Shown piece by piece: positions 1 to 8,670 of a DNA stretch of 64,000 nt; the stretch's first letter is position 1; each line of letters starts with the position of its first letter. Position numbers and translations under genes: made by a program. This DNA is from Candidatus Levybacteria bacterium RIFCSPHIGHO2_01_FULL_40_16 (GTDB taxonomy: Bacteria; Patescibacteriota; Microgenomatia; Levybacterales; UBA12049): assembly GCA_001783805.1 (NCBI GenBank), contig MFNS01000006.1, positions 34,095 through 98,094 of the forward strand, given 5' to 3'. A model generated the notes under the pieces. That model did no database searches and was not told where the DNA came from. It saw nothing but the letters and a program-made list of their open reading frames with translations.

Positions 1-1
1 A

Positions 2-574
2 AAAAGAGTCAGAGGGAATAAAATGTATGGAGGGCAGTCTACTCATCTTCCGCTCAGAGTCAATCAGGCAGGAGTAATTCCAATAATCTTTGCTGTTTCC
101 CTGGTTCTTCTGCCTTCAATCGTTGCAAATTACCTAACCGCTTCTTCAAACAAACTGTTAAGCTCAATAGCGGTTACGGTTACCGGATTGTTTAATCCAT
201 CGGGGCCGTTCTATAACAGTCTTTATTTCTTGTTAGTTGTAGGTTTTACCTATTTCTATACGGCTGTAATATTCTCTCCCAAAAAAATCGCAGAGGAAAT
301 TCAAAAATATGGAGGATTTATCCCGGGAATTAGACCGGGAACTCCGACAGCCAGCTATTTAAATTATGTGTTAACACGTATAACCTTGGCCGGTGCAACT
401 TTTTTGGGTATTATCGCAATTTTTCCAACTATCGCTAAGGCCTTTACAAATATTCAGACGCTTTTATTAGGAGGAACAGGAATTCTCATCGTTGTTTCGG
501 TAGTTTTGGAAACTATTAAAGCAGTTGAGGCGCAGTTGGTAATGAGAAACTACGAAGGATATAATAAAAGGTAG
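2..574 (+). CDS. secY: preprotein translocase SecY, C-terminal part (gene begins upstream of window)
   Basis: Frame open to window edge; SecY C-terminal TM segments (GGQSTHLPLRVNQAGVIPIIFA, GGTGILIVVSV); followed by adk as in spc operon. Confidence 0.85.
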   Translation, partial: KRVRGNKMYGGQSTHLPLRVNQAGVIPIIFAVSLVLLPSIVANYLTASSNKLLSSIAVTVTGLFNPSGPFYNSLYFLLVVGFTYFYTAVIFSPKKIAEEIQKYGGFIPGIRPGTPTASYLNYVLTRITLAGATFLGIIAIFPTIAKAFTNIQTLLLGGTGILIVVSVVLETIKAVEAQLVMRNYEGYNKR

Positions 575-578
575 TCTT

Positions 579-1121
579 ATGAAGATAATCTTGATTGGGA
601 TACAGGGTTCAGGAAAATCGACTCAAGGAAATTTGCTTTCCGAAAAACTTTCTATTCCCTATCTGTCGACAGGGCATATTATTCGAGAAATGGCAAAAGA
701 AAAGACAACGATGGGCAGGTATATTAAGGAAACAACTTATTCCGGTCTTTTAATTCCGGATGACATTATGATTCCTATAGTTGCTGATTATTTAGCCAGA
801 AAAGAATACCAAAATGGTTTTATTCTGGATGGATTTCCAAGGACTATTGAGCAAGCCGAAAAATTTCCTGCGCATATAGATAAGGTAATTTATCTAAGCG
901 TCTCGGATAAAGAAGCCCTTTGGAGGTTAAGCGGACAGAATGGCAACGGCGAACGTCATGATGATACGCTTTCTGCAATAAGAAAACGCATTGAGTTATT
1001 TCATAAGCTTACCGAACCGGTGCTTGATTTTTACAAAAAGAAAGGTCGCTTGGTAGAAATTGACGGAGAAAAACCCATTGAGGAAATTTTCAAAGAGATT
1101 TTGAAGAAGGTAAAAAGCTAA
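579..1121 (+). CDS. adk: adenylate kinase
   Basis: P-loop GIQGSGKSTQ; short-lid adenylate kinase layout; conserved position after secY. Confidence 0.9.
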   Translation: MKIILIGIQGSGKSTQGNLLSEKLSIPYLSTGHIIREMAKEKTTMGRYIKETTYSGLLIPDDIMIPIVADYLARKEYQNGFILDGFPRTIEQAEKFPAHIDKVIYLSVSDKEALWRLSGQNGNGERHDDTLSAIRKRIELFHKLTEPVLDFYKKKGRLVEIDGEKPIEEIFKEILKKVKS

Positions 1122-1123
1122 GC

Positions 1124-1702
1124 GTGTTAATACATAAGCCTCTTATTATCGGGATCACAGGAGCATTTGGAAGCGGTAAGTCAACGACCGCGGATTTTCT
1201 CAAAAGTCTTGGATTTACAAAAGTGAGCCTTGCGCAATTTTTGGAAGAGGAATTAAGAGATCGGGGAGAAAAAAAGATTACCCGTAAACTTCTTCAAGAT
1301 CTGGGAAATGCTTGGCGAGAAAAATACGGAGCAGGAATTCTCGCCAAAAAAGCGCTGGGGCTAATTGAGAAAAAAGCCATGCAAAAAGTAGTCGTTGAGG
1401 GTTTTAGGAATAGTGCAGAGATTGACAAATTCCGCAAGCAAGGCAATTTTAAATTAATTGGTATTGTTGCAAACCGGAGAATCCGTTTCGGACGGCTCAA
1501 AAAATTAGACAGGAGAGAAAAATTAAATTGGGAGCTGTTTAATGAACTCGACAATCGGGATTTGGGGATCGGGGAAGAAAAGAATGGATTACAAGTGGCA
1601 ATTTGTCTGGCCTTATCCGACATCTTTATTGAGAACAACCGTGGTTTGGAAGAGTTTAAAAATAAAATTAAAAAAGCAATTAAAGAGAAAATTAATGACT
1701 AA
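1124..1702 (+). CDS. P-loop nucleotide kinase (dephospho-CoA kinase-like / NMP kinase family)
   Basis: GTG start; Walker A GITGAFGSGKST near N-terminus; 192 aa; sits between adk and cmk. Confidence 0.4.
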   Translation: MLIHKPLIIGITGAFGSGKSTTADFLKSLGFTKVSLAQFLEEELRDRGEKKITRKLLQDLGNAWREKYGAGILAKKALGLIEKKAMQKVVVEGFRNSAEIDKFRKQGNFKLIGIVANRRIRFGRLKKLDRREKLNWELFNELDNRDLGIGEEKNGLQVAICLALSDIFIENNRGLEEFKNKIKKAIKEKIND

Positions 1703-2399
1703 TAAAAATATTTCAATCGCAATAGACGGTCCGGTTGGAGCCGGCAAAGGGACGCTGGCAATAACGCTGGCAAAAAAACTAAATGCTCTTTATGTCTATA
1801 CGGGCGCAATGTACCGGGAGCTTGCTCTTGCGTGTTTGAGAGAAAAAACAGATATTAAGGATGAAGAAAAAGTTTTTGAAGTGCTCAATAAAATTTCTAT
1901 TGAATTTAAGCCTACGAATGAAGGAATAAAGGCATTTTTAAATGGTGAGGATGTAGCAGACGAAATCTTTAAACCATATGTTGGTAAAGCAGTGTCGGTG
2001 GTAGCCGCATTTCCAAAAGTTAGGAAAGAAATGGTTCTAAGACAAAGAAAAATAGCTGAAGACGCAATTAAGAATGGGAAAAACGTTGTTATGGAAGGGC
2101 GAGATATTTCAACAGATGTAATTCCAAATGCCGATCTGAAAATTTATTTGACAGCGGACATCAATATAAGAGCGCAGAGACGATTTAAGCAATTGGAGGA
2201 AAGGGGGATTAAAACAAGTTTTGATGAGGTTTTAAAAGATATACAGGAAAGAGATCGGCAAGATATTCAAAGAAACGTTTCTCCGTTAAAAATAGCTGAG
2301 AATGCAATCGTGATAGATACAACAGATGATCGGATTGAGCAAACTATGGAAAAAGTTGAAAAAGCGATGGAAAAATTGAGAGAAGAAAACTTAATATGA
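1695..2399 (+). CDS. cmk: cytidylate kinase
   Basis: Internal ATG at 1695 (MTNKNISIAIDGPVGAGKGT); Cmk-like P-loop and lid motifs; 8-nt overlap with upstream gene. Confidence 0.85.
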   Translation: MTNKNISIAIDGPVGAGKGTLAITLAKKLNALYVYTGAMYRELALACLREKTDIKDEEKVFEVLNKISIEFKPTNEGIKAFLNGEDVADEIFKPYVGKAVSVVAAFPKVRKEMVLRQRKIAEDAIKNGKNVVMEGRDISTDVIPNADLKIYLTADINIRAQRRFKQLEERGIKTSFDEVLKDIQERDRQDIQRNVSPLKIAENAIVIDTTDDRIEQTMEKVEKAMEKLREENLI

Positions 2400-3172
2400 T
2401 TAATTTAAAAACTAAAGAAGAGATTGAAATAATGCGCGCGGGCGGAAAAATCTTGGCGGATGTTTTGTTTGAAGTTCTAAAACATGTAAGAGTTGGCGTT
2501 TCAGAACTAGAGCTTGATCAATTAGCAGAAAAATTGATTTTGAATAAAGGCGGAGAGCCGGGATTTAAAAAAGTAGAGGGATACAAACATACTATTTGTA
2601 TTTCTACGAATGATGTTGTTGTTCACGGAATTCCGACTGAATATAAATTAAAAGAAGGCGATGTAATTGGTATAGATTGCGGGGTGTACTATAAAGGATT
2701 TCATACGGATATGGCGCAAACGCTTCGCGTTTCAACTCAAAACTCAAAGCTCAAAACTCAAAACTACAATAAGATCGATAAATTTTTGCAGGCTGGAGAA
2801 AAAGCGATGTGGAAGGGAATAAAAGCTGCTAAGCCGGGAAATAGGATTGGAGACATCTCCAAAGCAATTCAGGGGGTGGTAGAAGGGCAAGGCTATGCAG
2901 TCGTTAGAAGCCTAATCGGGCATGGGGTTGGAAAAGAGCTTCATGAGGATCCTGAAGTTCCGGGATTTCTGGATGATCCTGCCTTGGAAACTCCTCTTTT
3001 GAAAGAGGGAATGACGATAGCGATTGAGGCAATCTACAATATGGGTAAAAGTGACGTTGTTTATTCAGGAAATGACGGATGGACGATAAAAAGTAAAGAC
3101 GGAAGCCTATCTGGACTTTTTGAACGGACAATTGCCATTACTCGTCAAGAACCAATTATTTTAACGAAATAG
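2396..3172 (+). CDS. map: methionine aminopeptidase type I
   Basis: MetAP motifs (HGIP, GFHTD, metal ligands); ATGA overlap with cmk; carries an in-frame heptamer-repeat insert. Confidence 0.9.
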   Translation: MINLKTKEEIEIMRAGGKILADVLFEVLKHVRVGVSELELDQLAEKLILNKGGEPGFKKVEGYKHTICISTNDVVVHGIPTEYKLKEGDVIGIDCGVYYKGFHTDMAQTLRVSTQNSKLKTQNYNKIDKFLQAGEKAMWKGIKAAKPGNRIGDISKAIQGVVEGQGYAVVRSLIGHGVGKELHEDPEVPGFLDDPALETPLLKEGMTIAIEAIYNMGKSDVVYSGNDGWTIKSKDGSLSGLFERTIAITRQEPIILTK

Positions 3173-3201
3173 TTGCCCTTTGTAGGCTGGTTTGATATAA
3201 T
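3173..3201 (+). promoter_or_regulatory. candidate sigma70-type promoter for infA (-35 TTGCCC, extended -10 TGaTATAAT)
   Basis: TTGCCC, 17 nt spacer, TG-n-TATAAT about 90 nt upstream of infA ATG. Confidence 0.4.
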
Positions 3202-3210
3202 ATACAGTGT

Positions 3211-3281
3211 TAATTTCTAATTTCTAATTCCTAATTTCTAAAAATATTTAGGTCAATTAGGTCAATTAGTGATTAGGAATT
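3211..3281. repeat. heptamer tandem repeats (TAATTTC x4) plus imperfect inverted repeat in infA leader
   Basis: taatttc taatttc taattcc taatttc; aattcctaat ... attaggaatt inverted arms. Confidence 0.6.
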
Positions 3282-3288
3282 TTTTATT

Positions 3289-3507
3289 ATGGCTCATCAG
3301 GGATCTTTTGAGATAGAGGGAGTAGTTAAAGAATCGTTACCGAATACCCTTTTTAGAGTAGAACTAACAAATGGAGTGATAATTCTTTGTCATTTATCAG
3401 GCAAGATGAGGATGAATTTTATTAAAATATTGCCCGGAGACAAAGTAAGAGTCGAAATGACTCTTTACGATAAGACAAAGGGCAGAATAGTATACAGATA
3501 CAAGTGA
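3289..3507 (+). CDS. infA: translation initiation factor IF-1
   Basis: 72 aa S1-like fold with strong IF-1 similarity; classic position before rpmJ. Confidence 0.9.
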   Translation: MAHQGSFEIEGVVKESLPNTLFRVELTNGVIILCHLSGKMRMNFIKILPGDKVRVEMTLYDKTKGRIVYRYK

Positions 3508-3513
3508 ATTGTT

Positions 3514-3627
3514 ATGAAAGTTCAGTCAAGTGTTAAGAAAAGATGCGTTAAATGCAGGATAATCAGGCGCGCAGGTGTTGTAAGGGTTGTTTGCGAAGTC
3601 CCCAAGCACAAGCAAAGACAAGGATAA
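3514..3627 (+). CDS. rpmJ: 50S ribosomal protein L36
   Basis: Not in ORF track (37 aa): [37 protein letters not shown]; Cys/His zinc ribbon; between infA and rpsM. Confidence 0.85.
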   Translation: MKVQSSVKKRCVKCRIIRRAGVVRVVCEVPKHKQRQG

Positions 3628-3632
3628 ATTAA

Positions 3633-3660
3633 GGTCATCCTGAACTTGTTTCAGGATCCC
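3633..3660. repeat. hairpin element family A (GGTCATCCTGAA-cttgt-TTCAGGATCCC), copy 1
   Basis: 8-bp perfect stem atcctgaa/ttcaggat; near-identical inverted copy at 63323..63355. Confidence 0.6.
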
Positions 3661-3722
3661 GAAAGAAATTTGGGAGATACTGAAATAAATTCAGCATGAC
3701 ATTGAAATAAGCAGGGATAAAT

Positions 3723-4124
3723 ATGAGAATTGCCGGATATAATTTACAAGATCTGAAAAGAGTTGATATTGCTTTAACTTATATTTATGGAATCGGACGC
3801 AAAAATGTTGTAAGCATCCTTAAAAAGGCAGAAGTAGAGGGTAACAAAAGAGTAAAGTCTTTGTCCGAAGATGAGCAAAAAAGAATTCAAAAAGTTTTGG
3901 AAGGATATAAGCTGGAAGGAGACTTAAGGGCTGAAGTACACGGAAACATCAAAAGATTAAAAGAAATCGGCTCTTACAGGGGCTCACGGCATAGCAAGAA
4001 CTTGCCCGTTCGCGGTCAGCGCACAAGATCAAATGCCAGAACAAAAAGAGGAAAGAGGGTTACAATCGGAGCTATCAAGAAAGAGGAAGCAGTGAAAACA
4101 GAAACGCAAAAGGAGACGAAATAA
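3723..4124 (+). CDS. rpsM: 30S ribosomal protein S13
   Basis: Strong S13 similarity (MRIAGYNL...GIGRKN). Confidence 0.9.
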   Translation: MRIAGYNLQDLKRVDIALTYIYGIGRKNVVSILKKAEVEGNKRVKSLSEDEQKRIQKVLEGYKLEGDLRAEVHGNIKRLKEIGSYRGSRHSKNLPVRGQRTRSNARTKRGKRVTIGAIKKEEAVKTETQKETK

Positions 4125-4127
4125 ACT

Positions 4128-4559
4128 ATGCCAGATTTTAAAGAAAATCCGAAAGTAAATGTTAAGTCAAATGCGACCAGCATAAAGAAAGCAAAAAAAA
4201 CTCAGGTTGCAGTATCCAGTACGGGACGCGCATATATAACCTCTACGTTCAACAACACTCTTATCACAGTGACAAACGATAAGGGAGATCCGATTGGCTG
4301 GAGCTCAGCAGGATCAGCAGGTTTTAAAGGTACGAGAAAATCTACCCCTTTTGCAGCAACTAGCGCAATGGAAGCCGTTGTTAAAAAAGCAGTTGAAAAA
4401 GGTTTGAAAACAGTTGAGGTATATGTTAAGGGTCCCGGAGCAGGCAGAGACTCGGCCCTAAGAGCAATTAAAAGCGGCGGATTATCGATCTCTTTAATTG
4501 CAGACATCACGCCGGTTCCGCATAATGGACCAAGAGCGAAGAAGAAAAGAAGAATTTAG
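4128..4559 (+). CDS. rpsK: 30S ribosomal protein S11
   Basis: S11 core ([12 protein letters not shown]...[12 protein letters not shown]). Confidence 0.9.
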   Translation: MPDFKENPKVNVKSNATSIKKAKKTQVAVSSTGRAYITSTFNNTLITVTNDKGDPIGWSSAGSAGFKGTRKSTPFAATSAMEAVVKKAVEKGLKTVEVYVKGPGAGRDSALRAIKSGGLSISLIADITPVPHNGPRAKKKRRI

Positions 4560-4562
4560 AAT

Positions 4563-5171
4563 ATGGCTAGATATACAGGACCAAAACATAAAATAGCAAG
4601 ACGTGAGGGTGTAAATATCCTTGAAAAGGAATCTGCAAGCTTACAAAGACGTTTGAATGTTCCCCCGGGCGGACTTCATGGCAGGAAGATGAAAAGGAGG
4701 CTTTCCGAATATGGACAACAGATGCGTGAAAAGCAAAAAGCCAAAGCCATATATGGGCTCTTGGAAAAACAGTTTAGCAATTTAGTTAAAATGGTGGGCC
4801 GCAAAAAAGGCGAGACAGGAGAAATGTTGATATCCCTTTTGGAGACGAGACTTGACAATATAGTCTTTCGTTTGGGATTTGCTAAAACTAGAGCAATGGC
4901 CAGACAAATGGTCGGACACGGACAGATTCTCGTAAATGACAAAAGATTAAATATTCCTTCTTATAAAGTAGAATTGAATGATGTTGTAACGCTTACTCCG
5001 AAAGCGCAAAAAAACCCGCAAGTACTGGCACTATTGGAAGAAAAAGATAAGATTATAATACCTTTTTTAAAAAGGCAGGGAACTTCGGGAAAGCTTGTCA
5101 GAATGCCCAAAAAAGAAGATGTACAGGTTCCATTCGATTTACAGTTGATTATTGAATATTATTCCAGATAG
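4563..5171 (+). CDS. rpsD: 30S ribosomal protein S4
   Basis: MARYTGPKHKIARREG N-terminus; S4 domain. Confidence 0.9.
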   Translation: MARYTGPKHKIARREGVNILEKESASLQRRLNVPPGGLHGRKMKRRLSEYGQQMREKQKAKAIYGLLEKQFSNLVKMVGRKKGETGEMLISLLETRLDNIVFRLGFAKTRAMARQMVGHGQILVNDKRLNIPSYKVELNDVVTLTPKAQKNPQVLALLEEKDKIIIPFLKRQGTSGKLVRMPKKEDVQVPFDLQLIIEYYSR

Positions 5172-5187
5172 TGGTAAAATAACGTTT

Positions 5188-6111
5188 ATGGCTAATCCAG
5201 CGTTTAAGGTAAAAGAAGAAAAAATCGCTGAAAATCACAGCGAATTTGCAATAGAGCCTTTGGAGCCGGGATACGGTCATACCTTGGGTAATGCCTTAAG
5301 GAGAACTCTTCTTACTTCTATTCCTGGTGCAGCTGTAACATCAATAAAAATAACTGGTGTAAGGCATAGGTTCTCAACGATTCCGGGAGTTAAAGAAAAT
5401 GTCGTTGATTTCTTGCTTAATATGAAGGGCTTGAACTTTCGTCTTCTTGACGAATCAAGCAAAGGCAAAGCATCATTATCTGTAAAAGGGTCAAAGAAAA
5501 TAACTGGTGCAGATTTTGATCTTCCTGAGAATGTTGAGATTGTTAATAAAGATCACTATGTAGCATCTATTAATGACAAAAAAGCTAAGCTTGAGATGGA
5601 ATTAACAATTGAGCAGGGATTAGGGTATTCATCCGCGGAAGAAAGACGAAGCACAACGTTGGGGCTCATCCCCACAGATGCCGTATTTACCCCTGTTAAG
5701 AGAGTAAGCTATGAAGTTTCCGCTACCCGGGTCGGAAGACAGACAGATTTGGATAAATTGGTATTAAGCGTCTGGACAAATGGAATTGTTAGTCCGAAAG
5801 ATGCGCTCGTTGAGGCATCTAAAATTTTAACCGCATATTTTCTGCAGGTTTATGAGCCAAAATCTGTGATTTCTTCAGAATCAATCAGTGCAAAGCCGTC
5901 AATTGCAGACAACATTTCCAAATTGACTATTGATGAGCTAGATCTGCCAACTAGAATCTACAATAGTCTTAGAAATGGCGGAATTGAAACATTGGGTCAG
6001 CTTTTAGCTACCACAAAGAAGGACCTGATATCAATGCGTAATATGGGAAACAAATCTATAATGGTCGTTGAAGAAAAACTTAAAGAAAAAGGCGTAGCAT
6101 TAACGCAATAA
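5188..6111 (+). CDS. rpoA: DNA-directed RNA polymerase subunit alpha
   Basis: RpoA N-terminal domain (GHTLGNALRRTLL) and C-terminal domain; start taken at internal ATG after rpsD stop. Confidence 0.85.
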   Translation: MANPAFKVKEEKIAENHSEFAIEPLEPGYGHTLGNALRRTLLTSIPGAAVTSIKITGVRHRFSTIPGVKENVVDFLLNMKGLNFRLLDESSKGKASLSVKGSKKITGADFDLPENVEIVNKDHYVASINDKKAKLEMELTIEQGLGYSSAEERRSTTLGLIPTDAVFTPVKRVSYEVSATRVGRQTDLDKLVLSVWTNGIVSPKDALVEASKILTAYFLQVYEPKSVISSESISAKPSIADNISKLTIDELDLPTRIYNSLRNGGIETLGQLLATTKKDLISMRNMGNKSIMVVEEKLKEKGVALTQ

Positions 6112-6121
6112 ATTGCGTTAA
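6100..6121. terminator. perfect 10-bp palindrome spanning rpoA stop codon (TTAACGCAAT-aa-ATTGCGTTAA)
   Basis: Perfect inverted repeat read directly; no downstream T-tract. Confidence 0.35.
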
Positions 6122-6123
6122 AG

Positions 6124-6171
6124 TTCAAATCTTAAAGCTCAAAGCTCAAAGCTACAGCTCAAATCTTAAAA
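6124..6171. repeat. heptamer tandem repeat array (CTCAAAG-like, about 7 units), intergenic rpoA-rplQ
   Basis: ttcaaat cttaaag ctcaaag ctcaaag ctacag ctcaaat cttaaaa. Confidence 0.6.
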
Positions 6172-6259
6172 CTATTCTAAAAGATTTAAAGTTTTTAGAT
6201 TTAGTTTTGACTTTTGACATTTCCCCCTCTGGGGACAGGTGAGTTTTGAGTTTTTTAAT

Positions 6260-6721
6260 ATGAGAAAGAATGTTTTCGGAAGACAATTTAGCAGAGATAC
6301 GAATGAAAGAAAGTCGCTTTTTAAGAGTCTTATCTCTGCTCTAATTCTTCAAGAAAGCATTCAGACAACCTTGGAAAAAGCAAAGGCAATAAAGGGAGAC
6401 GTTGATAAAATCATAAATCAAGCCAAAAGAGGAAATGAAAGGCAAGCGATCCAACTTTTGCAACGCAGTCTTGGAGTAGAGGCACTTAATAAAGTTATAA
6501 AAGATTTGTTGCCTCGATTTAAAGATCGGACCAGCGGATACACAAGAATTATAAAATTAGGCAGGAGATTTTCGGACAATGCCGCGATGGTCGTGATGGA
6601 ATGGGTGGTAAAACCAGAAATTAAAAATGAAAAATTAAAAATGAAAAATGACGTTAAGAAATTATTAGCGGGAAAAATTGAGGAAAAACAAAAAGCAAAA
6701 GGAAAGGTTGCAAAGAAATGA
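6260..6721 (+). CDS. rplQ: 50S ribosomal protein L17
   Basis: L17 core (GYTRIIKLGRRFSDNA); Lys-rich C-terminal tail partly encoded by heptamer repeats. Confidence 0.85.
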   Translation: MRKNVFGRQFSRDTNERKSLFKSLISALILQESIQTTLEKAKAIKGDVDKIINQAKRGNERQAIQLLQRSLGVEALNKVIKDLLPRFKDRTSGYTRIIKLGRRFSDNAAMVVMEWVVKPEIKNEKLKMKNDVKKLLAGKIEEKQKAKGKVAKK

Positions 6722-7143
6722 ATCAACAGATGACAACATCAACAAAATTATCGCAAATAAGCCGCGGATGGCGTCTATTTGATGTCAATGAAAAAACTCT
6801 CGGTAGGGTCGCAAGTGAGATTGCGACAGTATTGATGGGTAAATCAAAACCGTATTTTGTCAGCAATTTGGATTGCGGAGATTTCGTTGTTGTAATTAAT
6901 GCAGAGAAAATAAAGGTGTCGGGAAGAAAAGAGCTGCTTAAGAAATATTTTCGCCATTCAGGTTATCCGGGTGGAGATATTCAAGAGTCTTTGGCGGATT
7001 TACGGAAAAGAAATCCTACAGACATAATTAAATTTGCAATTATGGGAATGTTGCCGCAGAATAAATTACAGGATAAAATGTTAACCAGACTGTTTATCTT
7101 TAAAGGCGCAGAACATCCTTATGCCGATAAGTTTAAAAAATAA
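6718..7143 (+). CDS. rplM: 50S ribosomal protein L13
   Basis: L13 similarity; overlaps rplQ stop. Confidence 0.9.
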   Translation: MNQQMTTSTKLSQISRGWRLFDVNEKTLGRVASEIATVLMGKSKPYFVSNLDCGDFVVVINAEKIKVSGRKELLKKYFRHSGYPGGDIQESLADLRKRNPTDIIKFAIMGMLPQNKLQDKMLTRLFIFKGAEHPYADKFKK

Positions 7144-7145
7144 TT

Positions 7146-7586
7146 ATGGATAAAACAGAAGAAAAAAATTTTGTTTTTGCGATTGGCAGACGTAAGTCTT
7201 CAACAGCAGAAGTTCATCTATATAAAAAAGACGCTACGGTTTGGGGAGGAACAGCTGTTAAAAAAGGAGAATTTTTTGTCAATAACAAGCCGGCTTTAGA
7301 ATATTTTGGTAAAAGTTTTGAAAAGACTTACAGAGAGCCTTTGGAGATTACAGGAATGCAGGATAAGCTGGCCGTATCCGTTCAGGTTCGAGGCGGAGGG
7401 AAAATGGGTCAGCTTGAAGCGGCGATTTTGGCCATAGCCAGAGCTTTAGATAAGATCGATCGGGAAAAATTTCACTCTATTCTTAAGAAAAAGGGGATGT
7501 TAACCCGTGATCCAAGAGTTAGAGAAAGAAGGAAAGTCGGCATGGGTGGAAAGTCCCGCAGAAGAAAACAATCTCCAAAGAGATAA
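7146..7586 (+). CDS. rpsI: 30S ribosomal protein S9
   Basis: S9 C-terminus (GGKSRRRKQSPKR); follows rplM. Confidence 0.9.
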   Translation: MDKTEEKNFVFAIGRRKSSTAEVHLYKKDATVWGGTAVKKGEFFVNNKPALEYFGKSFEKTYREPLEITGMQDKLAVSVQVRGGGKMGQLEAAILAIARALDKIDREKFHSILKKKGMLTRDPRVRERRKVGMGGKSRRRKQSPKR

Positions 7587-7589
7587 AGT

Positions 7590-8135
7590 TTATCTTACGA
7601 ACTTTTTATAAAGTTTTAGAAATTCCTCATCTTTTTCCAGTAGCTTAGTTTCTTCTTCGCACCATAGGGAGTATTTTCCAGGATTATTTTTTACATCGTC
7701 AACAAATTCCTGCCAATTTACCCATTTAACATCTTCGACTTCGTCGCTATTCGGTTTTGGTTCTTCATCTGTGAAGGCAACCATAACCGGACAAAGTTCA
7801 TTCTCTACAATTCCGTTCATCTCCGCTTTGTAGGAAAAATCGGGTAAGATTTCCTGAACATTATCTAGATCGAGTCCTAATTCAAATTCCAATCTCCTTT
7901 TTGCCGCATCAATATTGGATTCATTTAGCATTGGGTGTCCGCAGACAGAATTAGACCATACCAATGGCCAAGTTTTCTTTTTATGACTTCTTTGTTGAAG
8001 CAATAGCTCTCCTCTTGAATTAAATAGAAAAACGGAAAAACCCCTATGTAGTGGGGTATTTACATTATGAGTTGCGAGTTTTGGGGCAGTACCTAAAACT
8101 TTATTTTGTTTATCAACAAGAACTACTTCTTCCAT
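7590..8135 (-). CDS. idi: isopentenyl-diphosphate delta-isomerase, type 1 (Nudix fold)
   Basis: Matches E. coli Idi block HRGFSVFLFN...WPLVWSNSVCGHPMLNESNIDAAKRRLEFELG. Confidence 0.7.
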   Translation of the reverse strand: MEEVVLVDKQNKVLGTAPKLATHNVNTPLHRGFSVFLFNSRGELLLQQRSHKKKTWPLVWSNSVCGHPMLNESNIDAAKRRLEFELGLDLDNVQEILPDFSYKAEMNGIVENELCPVMVAFTDEEPKPNSDEVEDVKWVNWQEFVDDVKNNPGKYSLWCEEETKLLEKDEEFLKLYKKFVR

Positions 8136-8440
8136 AATGCGATTAAAAAGTTAATTAATAAATAAATTAGTAAAGCTTGCCAAAAAAGAATTGAGATGAG
8201 AACGGTACTAAGAAAAATTGCAATTAGTTCCCTTTGTGATCCGTAAAAATCCAGTAAAAAAGCGCCAATTCTACCAAATACGAAAAAAGCGATAAGTCCG
8301 ATGATTGGAGAAAAAATTACAGGAAGAAGTATTGGGCGTCTGGTAACAAGTCTCACTGCCATAAGCGGGTGAAAAGTTAATCCGAGAAGGGTTTTACTCC
8401 AGATATATGCTACGAAAATAAGAAACGTCCTTTTTCTCAT
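8123..8440 (-). CDS. hypothetical membrane protein (3-4 TM)
   Basis: Hydrophobic ORF co-directional with and downstream of ECF sigma/anti-sigma candidates. Confidence 0.35.
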   Translation of the reverse strand: MRKRTFLIFVAYIWSKTLLGLTFHPLMAVRLVTRRPILLPVIFSPIIGLIAFFVFGRIGAFLLDFYGSQRELIAIFLSTVLISILFWQALLIYLLINFLIALWKK

Positions 8441-8670
8441 AATTTTCCGAAAATTTTTAAAATTAATTCATCGTATCTTTTTCCAAGTACGCCATGAAAA
8501 ATTAAGGTAAGAATAAAAGCCAGAGGAATTAAGATTCTCCAGGGGTGATTTCCAAACCAAAAACTGACAGAGGTAAAAAGTCTTGGCAAAAACATCCCTT
8601 TGATTATTTTTTCTTGTTCTTTAGCCCTTTCTTGAAGTTTATTAAGAAATTGCTGCTCGTTCATAAGCAA
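8437..8670 (-). CDS. putative anti-sigma factor (short cytoplasmic N-terminus + single TM)
   Basis: 77 aa, overlaps 3' end of ECF sigma gene; topology typical of anti-sigma. Confidence 0.35.
   Translation of the reverse strand: MLMNEQQFLNKLQERAKEQEKIIKGMFLPRLFTSVSFWFGNHPWRILIPLAFILTLIFHGVLGKRYDELILKIFGKL

Noticed and set aside
1294-1638. Antisense ORFs overlapping well-supported genes (1294-1638, 2904-3131, 4202-4510, 4676-4942, 5277-5468, 6418-6726, 8779-9045, 9944-10246, 14014-14358, 15705-16226 and many similar)
   Set aside because: Each lies entirely within a strongly supported gene on the opposite strand. Their low-complexity, Ser/Leu/Phe-rich translations are typical of AT-rich antisense frames. 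No motifs, SD sequences or independent boundaries.
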